The notes under the pieces are model-generated. The model saw nothing but the letters and a program-made list of their open reading frames with translations, did not search any database and was not told where the DNA came from. A DNA stretch of 62,092 nucleotides, the filler included, from Sphacelaria rigidula (taxonomy: Eukaryota), in NCBI GenBank assembly GCA_964200075.2. It is 11 parts of 11 records of this genome, joined end to end, with 100 filler letters (N's around TTAATTAATTAA, not from the genome) between each part and the next. Parts side by side here need not be neighbours in the genome. Positions count along the whole stretch, not along the records: positions 50,887 to 56,439 come from CAXNAA020026381.1; positions 56,540 to 62,092 come from CAXNAA020026382.1; 9 more parts are not named here. One strand, 5' to 3'. Within the stretch, counting starts at the first letter, position 1; the number at the start of each line of letters is the position of its first letter. The position numbers and the translations under genes are program-made. Positions 51,174 through 62,092 of the stretch are shown here, piece after piece.

Positions 51174-52136
51174 CGCTAAGTGCGGAGAGTGGCAGATGGC
51201 ACTCAAGCTGTTCGACAGCTTGCACAAGGCCGGCTTGCGGCCGGACAAGGGGACCTACAATGCTGCCGTTCTCGCGTGTTTCAAGGGCCACCAGGTGTGC
51301 GTGCGCGCGTGTGTGCTCATCAGTAGACTTTACCAAAAGGGGTACACAAGTTCCACGCTTTTTAAGATTTTTTTTTTTATATGGATAATACTCCGTGCGG
51401 AGTCCGCTTTTCACGGTACGACAACACCCTCCTGAAAAAAAGAGCCTATTTTTGGCGATTCAGCGCCAGATTATTTCGCCGGAATACAAGGCTCGACGGA
51501 TTGTGTACACCCCGGGAGGATCTACCGTAAGCGCTTGACCGGAGTCCAACGCACTATCCCGATCTGTCGTGTGACCAGTTTGACTCTTTGGCCGGGCAAA
51601 CAGACTTTTCAAACAACAACCCGCGAAAGAATCGTGTGTTTTTTTTTCTTCTCAGATCCGTACGTGTTTTTTTGGAAAACTTGATATATATAGAGAGAGA
51701 CAGAGAGAGAGAGAGGGAAATCTTGCGGCTTGCTTGAGAAAACGTGCTTGTCCGGCGAAACGTCAAACTGGTCCCGAGAAAGGTCGGAAGAGTGCGCTAT
51801 GATCCTGTCAGCAAGCAACGCAGGTATTTGCGGGATGGCACAATCTGCTGAGCCCCGTATCCTGGCGAGGAAAATCCGCCTGAATCGGCAAAAATAGGCG
51901 TTTTTAGAAGTGTTCATTTTCGTAGCACAACGAGCGACTTGGCGAACCCAGGTAGCCGCGAGCGCGCGCAGCCCGCGGTTCTGCTCTGTTCTGCCGACGC
52001 ACACTTTGCCTGGGGCAAACTTTGCAACCCCATCCCCCGAGGGTTGTCGGTATGCATGCCCCGCGCTGGGGTCAGGGTTTGACAAAAACATATATGTGCC
52101 AGCCATGGATCATGCTGACGGCTTCATGTAAACGTG

Positions 52137-52173
<37 letters not shown>

Positions 52174-55100
52174 GGTGTTCGTGTGTGCGCGAGTGCGTTT
52201 ACAGTGCGTGACTCCTCTTGGGGAGAAAGAGAAGCACATACACGAAAAAGGCTAGGTAGGGGAAAGTATCTTGCGCCGTGAAGAAAGCTGTCAGATTTTC
52301 AAGAATTTGCTTTTTTATCTTTTCAAATGCTTTTCTTTTCTGGTTGACGGCGACTTTTCGAATATAGCATCAACACAGCTGTTGAGCAGAATGTCATTAT
52401 CCAACGTCCCCCATCCCCCTCCTCTATCGCGCGCCCCCTTTGCTTATGTAGGAAACTACAACAAAACAATAGTAGACAAAGAAAAAGAAGGTCGACTGGC
52501 GGCACAACGTGTCCCCGGTGGTCGCAAGCCCAGGCAACCATTCAAATGTCGTCGACTAAGACGACACCCACGTGCATTTGTTTCCCATTTTCGCTGTTCC
52601 TGCCAGTGTTTTTTGCACGGCTTTGTTATCTGCATAGTTCCTGCTCTGGTCAGTCTACTTCATTTGCCCTCACTTACCCACTCCTTTTATTGTCTCTTTC
52701 GCGGGTTCGTGACAAATCGTTCTCTGTCCCCCCCTGTCTTCTAGTGGGCGAAGGCGATGGAGCTCTTCGCGCTCATGATCCAGGAGGGCAAAATGCCGGA
52801 GAAACTCACCATCAACCTCATCATCGAGCTACTGGATGCCAACGGGGAATACGAGAAGGTGATTTCGACGGTCGAAGAGAACGTACATCACAACCCAACA
52901 GAAACAAGACACATGTGAATGGTGATGCAGGAGGGGGGTGGGGGATCCTAGAACACGATTCCCCACTGAAACTCCTCTACATCGTCTGCTCGTCGTTGGA
53001 AAATATGTTTCTTTTTAACCCCCCCAAAACCCCCCAAAAAATGTAATAAAATAAAATAAAACGAAATCCCGAAGTCCTTCCTTCTGGGGCTGGGAAAAAA
53101 AGACAGTACAAGCGCTGAGAGGATCGAGAATAAATTATCCTACTCAGTACTGCCGGATCCGTGATCGAACAAAGCGGTATCGACTCTCTTCGTCCCGCGA
53201 CAAGGTATGGATGAACAAAATTGAATTAATCTAGTGTATGGAAGGCGTTGCGTAAACGGGGTGCGGGATCGTCGGCGCACACACCACAACTGCTCACCTG
53301 TGCTATTACTGCGAGAATAACAGTCGCCAGAATTTTCTCACTTGAAATTTGATATTTGATATTATATGCAGTCTCGGAGTCGAGGGGGAGTGATATCTTC
53401 CTTTATCTTTTTCAGTGGTTCTGACTTTGAACATTCAAAGATTTGCTAGGCCTCATACATTGGTGACCCCCACCCCCCCCCGCCCCCCCCCTACACCACA
53501 AGCAACCCCTTACACCACAAGCAGCAAATGAGTACTCCTCCCCGTCCCCCCCCTACACCACCCCCTCGCCCCCCGTCGTCCTCCGCTTCACTGTCTTGCC
53601 TTCCTCACGGCGCCATCCCCCTTCCCCCCCGCCCTCTCCACGTATGTACGTCCCAATATATGTTAATGGCGTCACTTCGTATTCTAGTTCTTGTATACGA
53701 CGACTCCTGCAGAGCTTGGATAGAGGTAATCAACTAAATACTAATAACTATTTCTCGTGTGTAGGATGGCTGAGCGCTTGTCGCACGTGAAGTGATTGTT
53801 GACCACCAGTCCGTCCAGCAGGGGTCACAATATTGACGTACCCAAGCCCAACGGAAGGAAGCGCTCAGTGAAACAAATTCTGGAACATGCATGCTACTCG
53901 TAGATCGATAGTGGCCTATTATGTTTATCCCTGTAGTGTCGGGTATCAGTCGGCATAATCAATGGATAGTTGTGTGTGTGTGTGTTTTCTTTTCTTTTTT
54001 TGACGTCAACATCCCACGTCATAATACGGAATAACACGTGCAGGCTATGTACGTGTACCAGACGATCTTCAGGGCAAGACCTGAACCAGAGACGTGGGAT
54101 CCCACGAACGGTGACGTGGTTGACCTGCATGGCTACTCCGCAGCCGTGGCTAAAGCTGCCATCCGATCGGGCTTGAGCATGCTTCTTCGGAGATTCCTCA
54201 CAGCTGGTGAGTGCTACTGCTCACTCTGTGTGGCATGATATAGTATATATATAATATTTCGAACTCACGAGCGTGGAGCATACTTTGTAACGAGGCGGCC
54301 ACGAGATTTATTGCTGATTTTAGTGTGCAAGGTTCTCCGCACCCGCCCCGGGAGATGACTGTTCGGGCCAATGGCAATGCTAGGGGCCCGGTTGGTGGAT
54401 TCGTGCTTCACTTTGTGCGGGGTACACACATGCGTTCGCGACCGTTCGAGCGGGCGCGCGATTGCGGTGGTCCTGCATTGTTTCTGGCGAGAAAAAGCAT
54501 TTCGAGCAAGGGTCTATGCTCACGAGGGCTTGGCGAGGCAAGAGTACTGAGACCCTAGAAAAAGACGGACGGGACCGGGGCGCAGCCCCGGGTCTAGTGC
54601 GGCTTGTATATATATATACACACACACACGCCTATACGTATATGAGCTGCCGGTATGTATCTGTACATAAAGTCTGTGGGCAAGTAAAAGATACCAATGA
54701 TTTGAATCATAAGTCCACGAAGCAAACGTGGTGCCGATTCAATAGAGGGAACGAACCCTGTGGCCGGTTTGTGGAAGGATGTGGAGGCTGTGCGTAGAGG
54801 TCTTCGCGTATGTGCGATATCTATCTCGTATTCAGTTTTTGGTATGCCGTCCTAAGGGTTATCTGTGACTGTATATTTGCCGTGTACTCGCGTATAGGAC
54901 ATGTATCCGCACGGAATGCGTAACTCCGTTCTGAAAACACTCCCTGTCTGCCTGACCGTCTCCGTTATCCTGTAGTTCTTAACCTCCCTGCCAGTCGCTC
55001 CTTCAGTCTCAGCTGATTTTGCTCTGTACTCACCGGGCCCACTTTCATCTGTCTTCGCCTCTATCTGCGCGTCCGCTCACCTGTGTGTGTGTTTGTGTGT

Positions 55101-55425
55101 GTCTGTTTGTCTCGGTGTCTCTGTGTCTCTGTGTCTCTGTGTGTGCTCATGTGTGTGTCTGCCTGTCTGCCTGTCTGCCTGTCTGCCTGCCTGCCTGCCT
55201 GCCTACCTATCCATCTATCTATCTCGCCTACCCAACAAAACAAAAATCATGGAAGAACACAACCCAGAGGTGGTGAAGAACTTCACGTTCATCACAGGCG
55301 TGGGAAGGCACAGCAGGAAGCCTTTCGAACCAGTGCTTCGGCCGGCCGCCCAAGACATGTTGCTCGAAGAGTTCGACCCCCCGCTGGCCACACACTTATG
55401 CGAAGGAAACGCAGGTCGTCTACAG
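51174..55425 (+). CDS. PPR-SMR protein, four exons: 51174-51294, 52745-52858, 54044-54206, ~55256(or 55268)-55425
   Basis: PPR motifs AKCGEWQMALKLFDSLHKAGLRPDKGTYNAAVLACFKGHQ|WAKAMELFALMIQEGKMPEKLTINLIIELL, then Smr domain VDLHGYSAAVAKAAIR...FITGVGRHS...NAGRL. Canonical splice sites with consistent phases. Confidence 0.9.
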
Positions 55426-57860
55426 GTGTGAAAATTTCGCAAAGTTGGCGACATTTCCCCCCGAGAGAGCAAGGGTTAGGGAAAGGAGGGGGCGGGGAAG
55501 GATCCAAAGTAAAGGGTTCAGAGTAAGCACGAAGAGTCAAGATTACATGAACCGCACTGCTTATGAATAGGAGGTCGTAAGCTATGTGTCAATGTTGGGG
55601 TATTGGGTAGACGAGCGCTTGCCCTTTTACAGGATGAGGCTTTTAACCACGAGAGTAGCTATGGTGAAGTGAAGTGGGGTTCGAATCACAGTCTCGTGAG
55701 GGAGGGGTTGGTAAGTCACAAAATTGTTCGTGTGGGAAAATGACGCGTGTGTAGAAATAAGTGTCGATGCTTTGTGTACTGTTTTTTTTGTGAAGTATAA
55801 CATGGGTGGCAGGTTTCTTTTTTGAGATGTGCAATCAATTGTTCGACAGTCACATTGTCGACAGTTCTACAGAGGAACGAGAAGGAAGCTAGCTCCTGAG
55901 CAAGGCGAAAAGTAAAAACAACCGTTACTATACGGATACACTACTTTGCAGTAGTGTAAAAAGACTGTAGCTGCAGCGTCCGTCGCCTCCCCGCCCACAA
56001 GCTCTAGTTTTGCAGATGACACACGAGACGGTTCGCGGGGGAATTGTGTGGGTGAGGTTTCCTCCTTCCTTTTAAGGGGAAAAATTTTTGGAAACGGTCG
56101 TCGGCGGCCGTTTTGTACTTGACACATGAGTCTTATATATCGAAGGACGCTAATATTTCTGGGGCATGGTCAAAACTCATGAACTATACCTGACGTCATG
56201 ACAGAGAGCAGGTAGTTAAGCGTGATTGGTGGCACAATTGGGCACAGCTATGCACATCTCCACGCACGGCACTGTCAGACTATGCAGAATTCCACGATCC
56301 CACAACGGTAGCGTGCAGTCCACCACACTAGTCAGGCTACGTAGGGTGAATGAGATCAAGTATATGTACCAACTCCGCGGCTGTTATTTCAAAAGAGTGC
56401 CGGTTGTGGCATGAGTACAGCTCCTTGCCACAAATCGAGNNNNNNNNNNNNNNNNNNNNNNNNNNNNNNNNNNNNNNNNNNNNTTAATTAATTAANNNNN
56501 NNNNNNNNNNNNNNNNNNNNNNNNNNNNNNNNNNNNNNNGAGCGTGAGGCCAGTGGATTCTGGAGGAGTCCCTCACTGAATAGCCCTCTTGTCCAGATCG
56601 TCTGGCAGAGGCTATAGTTCACCATTCGAACACAAAGTGAAGCATTTTCAATTATGATCGCGGTTTATCCTGTACGTTGATGGCGATATGACAATCACAA
56701 CAAGAAGCATGGTTTGATGCTGTACTGTACGGTACAATATCGTGTAGGACAGTACCATATGGTGCTTATACACGTGCTGTGCAATATACTGCAGAGTTAG
56801 CGCGGCATATGCACCACGTGTGGCTAAACAAAGTGGATGCCTATAACTTCGGGTGCATGGGGGTGTTATATACCGTCAGCTACTGAGTGTACACGATGCC
56901 CGTTCTTGCAGCGCGCTCACCGCTACAGTTAGTAGCACGTGAAAGGGGAGCGGAGAAAGTGCAGTACAGACAGCGCAGGACTATATGTATGTTTTCTGCT
57001 CACAGTGCGACGTGAAAAGGACTTGAACAGTGTGCGCAGCTATGTCTGCCTGCACTGTCCATGGGTGTGTATGCAGTAAACCGCCGCCGGTTGTTGCCCG
57101 CACCATACCTCGCTGCTCAAGTTCAAACTTCCACCAACAAGACATACATCATGCTCAACTACTGCAGTGCGTATCTACATCCCTGTGCCCAACTCGTACT
57201 CTTTGTTGCAGGGTTATTGTGGGGGTATTATAGCTGGGAATAAGTGTTGTCGGGTTTGCATTTCAATCTGTGAACGGCGGGTGATATATATATTTTTTCC
57301 GGCGTGATGGTCCCAAAGGTCCCCTGGAAGCAGTTAGGACACAAGTGCATAAGTGCCAATGTACACGTTGGAGGATACTGCACGGCTATGTCTTCCGGAG
57401 TCGCAACAAATGCCTTAGAGGCTAGTTGGTCCCTCCGCCAGAGGAATTATGCTTATATTTCCCTCTAAGGGACGTTCACGAAAACCACGTGCTCCAGTGC
57501 ACCATATTTTTGCTACTCTGGAGAGATTCAGACCTCAGAAGTCACTGAAGCATCAGATGCCCTGCAGAGGATTATTCCCATGAACGGAACGGAGTATGAA
57601 ATACCCTCTAGAGGATATTTTTATCCTCCCGAGGGTCACTTTACCCTCGAGAGGATGAAAATCGCGACAGAGGATTTCAAGGGGGTAGCCGAATGGCCGC
57701 CTGTGTGGATGCAAAATCAGTCGGAACGTAACATCGTTTCCCTAGAGGAGAAGATGGGAGCGAACCCGAGTCGTGAAGAAAACTCAACCAATGCAGAATC
57801 AGTGAGTTCGTGGCCTCAATTTGGGTTTTCAAATATGTCAACGCAGGGAATTTTGTAATA

Positions 57861-58260
57861 GGACCCACTTTTATGGCAACGAATCCCGATTTATACACAT
57901 ATGAGAATTTCAGTCCGTCTACGGGCGATTTTCTCCCGTGGGTTCATTTTTGGACCCCAATCCGTTGGGTAATAGTTTTCGGCTAGCTGTGAGCAACCCA
58001 GATCAATTCTCCGATTATATAGGCGTTGACTTTCGATACATCACCGTTCTGCTGAAATCGGGACTGTCCCGTTTGGGCGGAAATGCGATAAACCAAAAGT
58101 CAACGTCCATATAATCGGAGAATTGATCTGGTTTGCTCACAGCTAGCCGAAAATCTTTGCCCAACGGAAAAAAATCAATCCACGGGAGAAAATCGCCTGT
58201 AGATGGGCTGAAATCCTCATATTTGTAAAAATCGGGATTCGTTGCCATAAAAGCGGGTCT
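57861..58260. mobile_element. ~400-bp foldback element (~170-bp arms)
   Basis: gacccacttttatggcaacgaatcccgattt...gcgttgacttt is mirrored by aaagtcaacgt...aaatcgggattcgttgccataaaagcgggtc. Confidence 0.85.
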
Positions 58261-59476
58261 AAGCAACTATGCAATGAGTGTTTTGATGGTCATGTATCCC
58301 ATTTTGTTGCATTTCCCAAACTTGACCAAAAACGAAGGGGTGTCTAGACCAGCGAATTATGCATACATGTATATATATATATATCCATATATAGAAGGGC
58401 TCACATGGGAGGTGCAATACTCCAACGCGAACAGCACGCAGTCCAATGCCCCGTACTCCTTCGATTCTGGACGCAGTATGCACAGGTTCAGGAGAGATTT
58501 CCCGTCGTCGTACATCCGTAAGACACACTCCACCACGGGATGCTTCGCTTCGGAGTACTGTTTTGTAGGATGTAGAGTTTAAGAAAAAAGCAAAACAAGT
58601 AAGGGAGGACGATGTGAGTTGCCAGCCTGCGAAAGTACTCTCCCATTGCGCAATTCTGCGGAGAAGCATGAGGCAGGCCTAGGGGCGAGATGAGCTCATC
58701 ACGTACAAGTACAAACTCATACGTTCCGAGAACCTGGAGAAGGTGAGAGATTGAAGGTACAACGGTCGGATCGATGTTATGTTGAAAAATTTTGCTCCGC
58801 GCGGATAATATGATCTCGATGGATTGGCCCTGCACTCAGGCTGGCTGTCCATATTTTTCTGGTAGTCAACGTGAACGATTTGTACCGGATGTACTTCATT
58901 CTATGATGTCGGCTACGCATTACCTGTTGTGTGATAAGGTGAACCTTTAACGAAAAGAGACGTGGAGGATTTTCGAAGTATGTTCATACGGGCATGCAGG
59001 TGTACGTTAAAAAACACGAGGTGGTACGCACGTGAACAAAACAAGGGCAAGTGATAACCCTTCAGCTGAGAATCGGGTGTACCCGACTGGCTTGTTGACA
59101 AAATGGGTTTCTTTAACAAAGTCTCCTCTTCCGCTCCCTGGTTTAGCCGGTTGCCGTGTGTAAAAGGAACACATGCGTTGGGCATGGTGCTCGAACACGT
59201 TGGGCGTGGGGCTGAGGCGTTTGAACGCGGTTTAGAGGTGCCTATCTCGCGTGCAGCACCGCGCCCCGAACCGAACAGTGCACTGCGCGTTTTGTTCCTG
59301 GAACCACGAGGTAAACCTTTTTCGCCCATTCAGGACAAAACTACGTGGTACTTTGTCTGTGAGACACTTAGTAGTATCACCTCAGAAGCATTGGTGCACA
59401 TCACCGTAACCGATTCAGAAAGCGGCCGCGAGAGGGGCACATGAGCGAAAACCATGGATAGGGGAACATGTACGTA

Positions 59477-59775
59477 TGATTCATGCTGCATGAAAGGAAA
59501 TTCAGAAACACGAGTGATTCATGCCGCATGAATGGAGATTGGGAGGCATGTGCACTTGATTCACGTCGTATGGATCAAAAGTGATGACCCGTACCCATGA
59601 TTCATGCGGTGTATACGAACGGGGAGATTGATATACCTGTGAATCATGGCGTATGGGTAGCAGGTGGAAAACATGTATCAAATATAAATGCTGCACGAAT
59701 ACAAGGAGGAAAAGGTATCCGTGAATTATGTGATTCATGCTGCATCTCTCAAGTGGAGAAATACACGCCGTATGA
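59477..59775 (+). repeat. Degenerate ~42-bp periodic repeat (motif TGATTCATGCYGYATG, ~8 units)
   Basis: Motif starts at 59477, 59515, 59557, 59598, 59640, 59682, 59731 and 59759. Confidence 0.75.
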
Positions 59776-61119
59776 ATGGAAGATTTCGTGCTTTCCTTCT
59801 GTGGTCTTCTGTACAGATTGTACAGTACTATGGTGTGCTCTGCTGTACTGTCCGCTGACTGCAATGGGCGCTGCTGGAGTGTTTCCGAAAACTCATGCGA
59901 ACACGCGGGGACAGACTCCTGCAGTACTGTTGCTGTCTGAAGCTGCCTTCGCACTGGTTTATACATTCAGGCCAACTGTACCGCAACACAAAACATGAGA
60001 CGGAGGAAAGACCGTAAACAGCTTTGCGTGGGAAAAGAGAGCTGCTGGAAGAATCACTCCAGGCGCGGACATGCATGCTATGCTATGCTATACCCTACTG
60101 TCTGCGCACCGCATGATATTGGTCAAACTTTGGCCATGTTTGACCCACTAATTCTCACTGATTTCGGCTCAGTTTTTTTAGCGAACATCATCATGTCAAC
60201 AACTTTTCAAAACGCCTAACTATGCCAACGCAGGCGAGTCTGTTGGCGATATACGACCTGCCCCCCATAACGGGCTTTACTTATGACACAGAAGAGGTAT
60301 ATATATACACCAAAGAGTTGGCCACGGCTGACACGCGTGGCAGCAGTGACGCAGGTATCAATACCACGGGTCTCGCACGCGTGGAGGTTTTGAGCAAAAC
60401 GACGAAAACAAGAAGTGATCCTGGCGTCAACCATAACTTGTTAGTACAAGCAAGTAAGGGTTTCCAACTCCACGGATAACCGACCGTTATGGATGCTGCT
60501 TGGAGGGTGTTAGCCTCCGAAAAATGTCCACGCTGTTTGACTGCCTATTGCCGGCCATCAACCACTTTTCGTTTCCCCGGATACACTTGATTTCAGACAA
60601 TATCCTTGACATGGAGAAATCGTGTGTTGAGGTGACGCCCTCCCCATGCAGATGCCGCATACACCTCCACACCGCTGACACATCCCGGGCTTGAACGTTT
60701 TTTGTCCGAGAGCTTTTCAAGCTCATTCTTAAAACCTGCAGAAATAACTGCTTTTCCGATTGTTTTGCCGAGCGTGGCACATGCCCCGAAATGGTCGTAT
60801 TACCCGGGGAATTTGAATTTGAGATACATAACGCAAGAAAGAGCGCTCGAGTCTCACACGTCGCCGAGGAGAACTGGGGTGTCGAAGTCGACTCCTCGAC
60901 GCAGTCTCCCGACCAGGCCTTCCCTATCAACACCACCACATATTCTTCGTACAAGAGCTGGACCATGGCATGGGCAAGGATACCGCCACCTCTTTTGACG
61001 TAGCATGGCCGTAAACATTTTAACGCTAGAATATGAAGCCCTGGTGTTCACTCAACACCACCCTTGACAAAAACGAAGACTGCGTCGTTCGGGATGCATG
61101 TTGAGAGGCAGTCGATGAG

Positions 61120-61520
61120 CAGCCGTGTTTCGTGTGGGTGTGGTCGATATTTGAACGCAGACCGTTGATCTTGTTACCTCGACACCTACTCGCAACCAAA
61201 AGATTGTGGGACGTAGCTCGACATAAAGCACTTGGGTGTTGGAGAGCTTATTCGTCCGCACTCGTCTCGATTTCAGAGTGGCAAGTGAGAAAGCTCCTGT
61301 GTGTCCTTCATGCGTCAGAGCGGCGTACGGTGCGGTGCCGTCGATGTGCGCAGTCGTGTTTTGCGTGGATGTAGTCGTTATTTTGAAGACAGATCTGTAC
61401 CTTGTTACGTTGATAGTTTCTTGCAACCAAGAAGCTTTTGGCACAAAGCTCAACACAAAGTACTTGTACGGTAAGAGAGCTTGCTTGTCCGCATTCGTCT
61501 CGATATTAGAGTGGTACATG
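61120..61520. repeat. Diverged ~230-bp tandem duplication plus an inverted partial copy near 61775-61860
   Basis: cagccgtgtttcgtgtgggtgtggtcgatattt...gtccgcactcgtctcgatttcagagtgg versus cagtcgtgttttgcgtggatgtagtcgttattt...gtccgcattcgtctcgatattagagtgg. Confidence 0.75.
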
Positions 61521-62092
61521 AAAACCATACACAACAAGGTTTTCGTGAGATGATTCACTTTAACGTAGCTAATTTTGCATTCCGTGTGTGCTTTTCGTCG
61601 TCTCACCACTGCTATGTGCTTACAGCTACACGTCGATATCCTACTCAGGGGTATATCAAGGGCCTCAGTGGCAAGCTACTACAATATTGGGCCTGGTCGA
61701 GGTGCATTTCGGAACTGAAACGGCTTATTCACTAATTGACCGCTCTTCACTCTCAATCGTACCTTCAAATATCAATTTCACGAAAACGTTGTTATGCATG
61801 TATTCACGGTTGGGACAAATCAATATTTATACGAGTCGACTTGCCATGACGCGCAAGCAGTCATGCTGTGTAAACCGTAGGTCCCACCGAGTCGAGGGTG
61901 GATAACACATATGCACCGCAATCATCTTGCGCGCATTACAGCTGTGAGAAATTTATGCGTTGTTCAGGGCCCATCGGAAGTGAAAAGTCAACCTATATAC
62001 AACTTGTCAGTCCCGCATTAGCCCGAAGGTGGGAAAAATGTGCGGGCGCTCATCCCCAACAAGTTGGCCAAGCAAGTTGTACATGACGTTAC

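Larger units (their letters stand above)
5556..56539. other. Ten artificial scaffold linkers (N44-TTAATTAATTAA-N44) at 5556, 11210, 16864, 22518, 28172, 33826, 39480, 45134, 50787 and 56440
   Basis: Each spacer is an identical 100 bp with a six-frame stop core. The contigs they separate fall in length from 5555 to 5554 to 5553 bp, i.e. size-sorted unplaced contigs. Confidence 0.98.

Noticed and set aside
58015..58266. Protein-like ORF LRPAFMATNPDFYKY with an inverted twin
   Set aside because: It coincides with one arm of a foldback element and the other arm is frameshifted, so there is no evidence of coding function.
59477..59775. CRISPR-like repeat-spacer array
   Set aside because: Repeats are only ~16 bp, highly degenerate and vary synonymously. 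No leader or cas genes.

Overview
This is eukaryotic draft-assembly sequence. Short exons, long repeat-rich GT-AG introns, TTAGGG-type repeats and the gene content suggest a stramenopile, most likely a brown alga (inference). The window is not contiguous: it is 11 unrelated contigs of 5555-5553 bp, sorted by length and joined by artificial 100-bp linkers (N44-TTAATTAATTAA-N44), so adjacency across linkers means nothing. Recognisable host gene pieces are the first coding exons of a dynein-2 light intermediate chain gene and an SF-assemblin gene arranged head-to-head, a sulfotransferase terminal exon, four cullin-4 exons, four exons of a PPR-SMR protein, and a gene with two candidate alternative last exons, one encoding a ~900-aa disordered tail. 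Most of the rest is mobile DNA: a decayed Ty1/copia element, a Ty3/gypsy remnant, a tRNA-derived SINE family (2 copies), several nested MITE families, a probable KDZ transposase relic, and a hAT-type non-autonomous element (8-bp TSDs, 2 copies) carrying an expandable palindromic satellite. Two contigs hold clusters of intronless decayed ORFs that may be endogenous DNA-virus relics, which is unverified. No intact novel system can be proven from the sequence alone. All family assignments are from motif recognition, not database searches.
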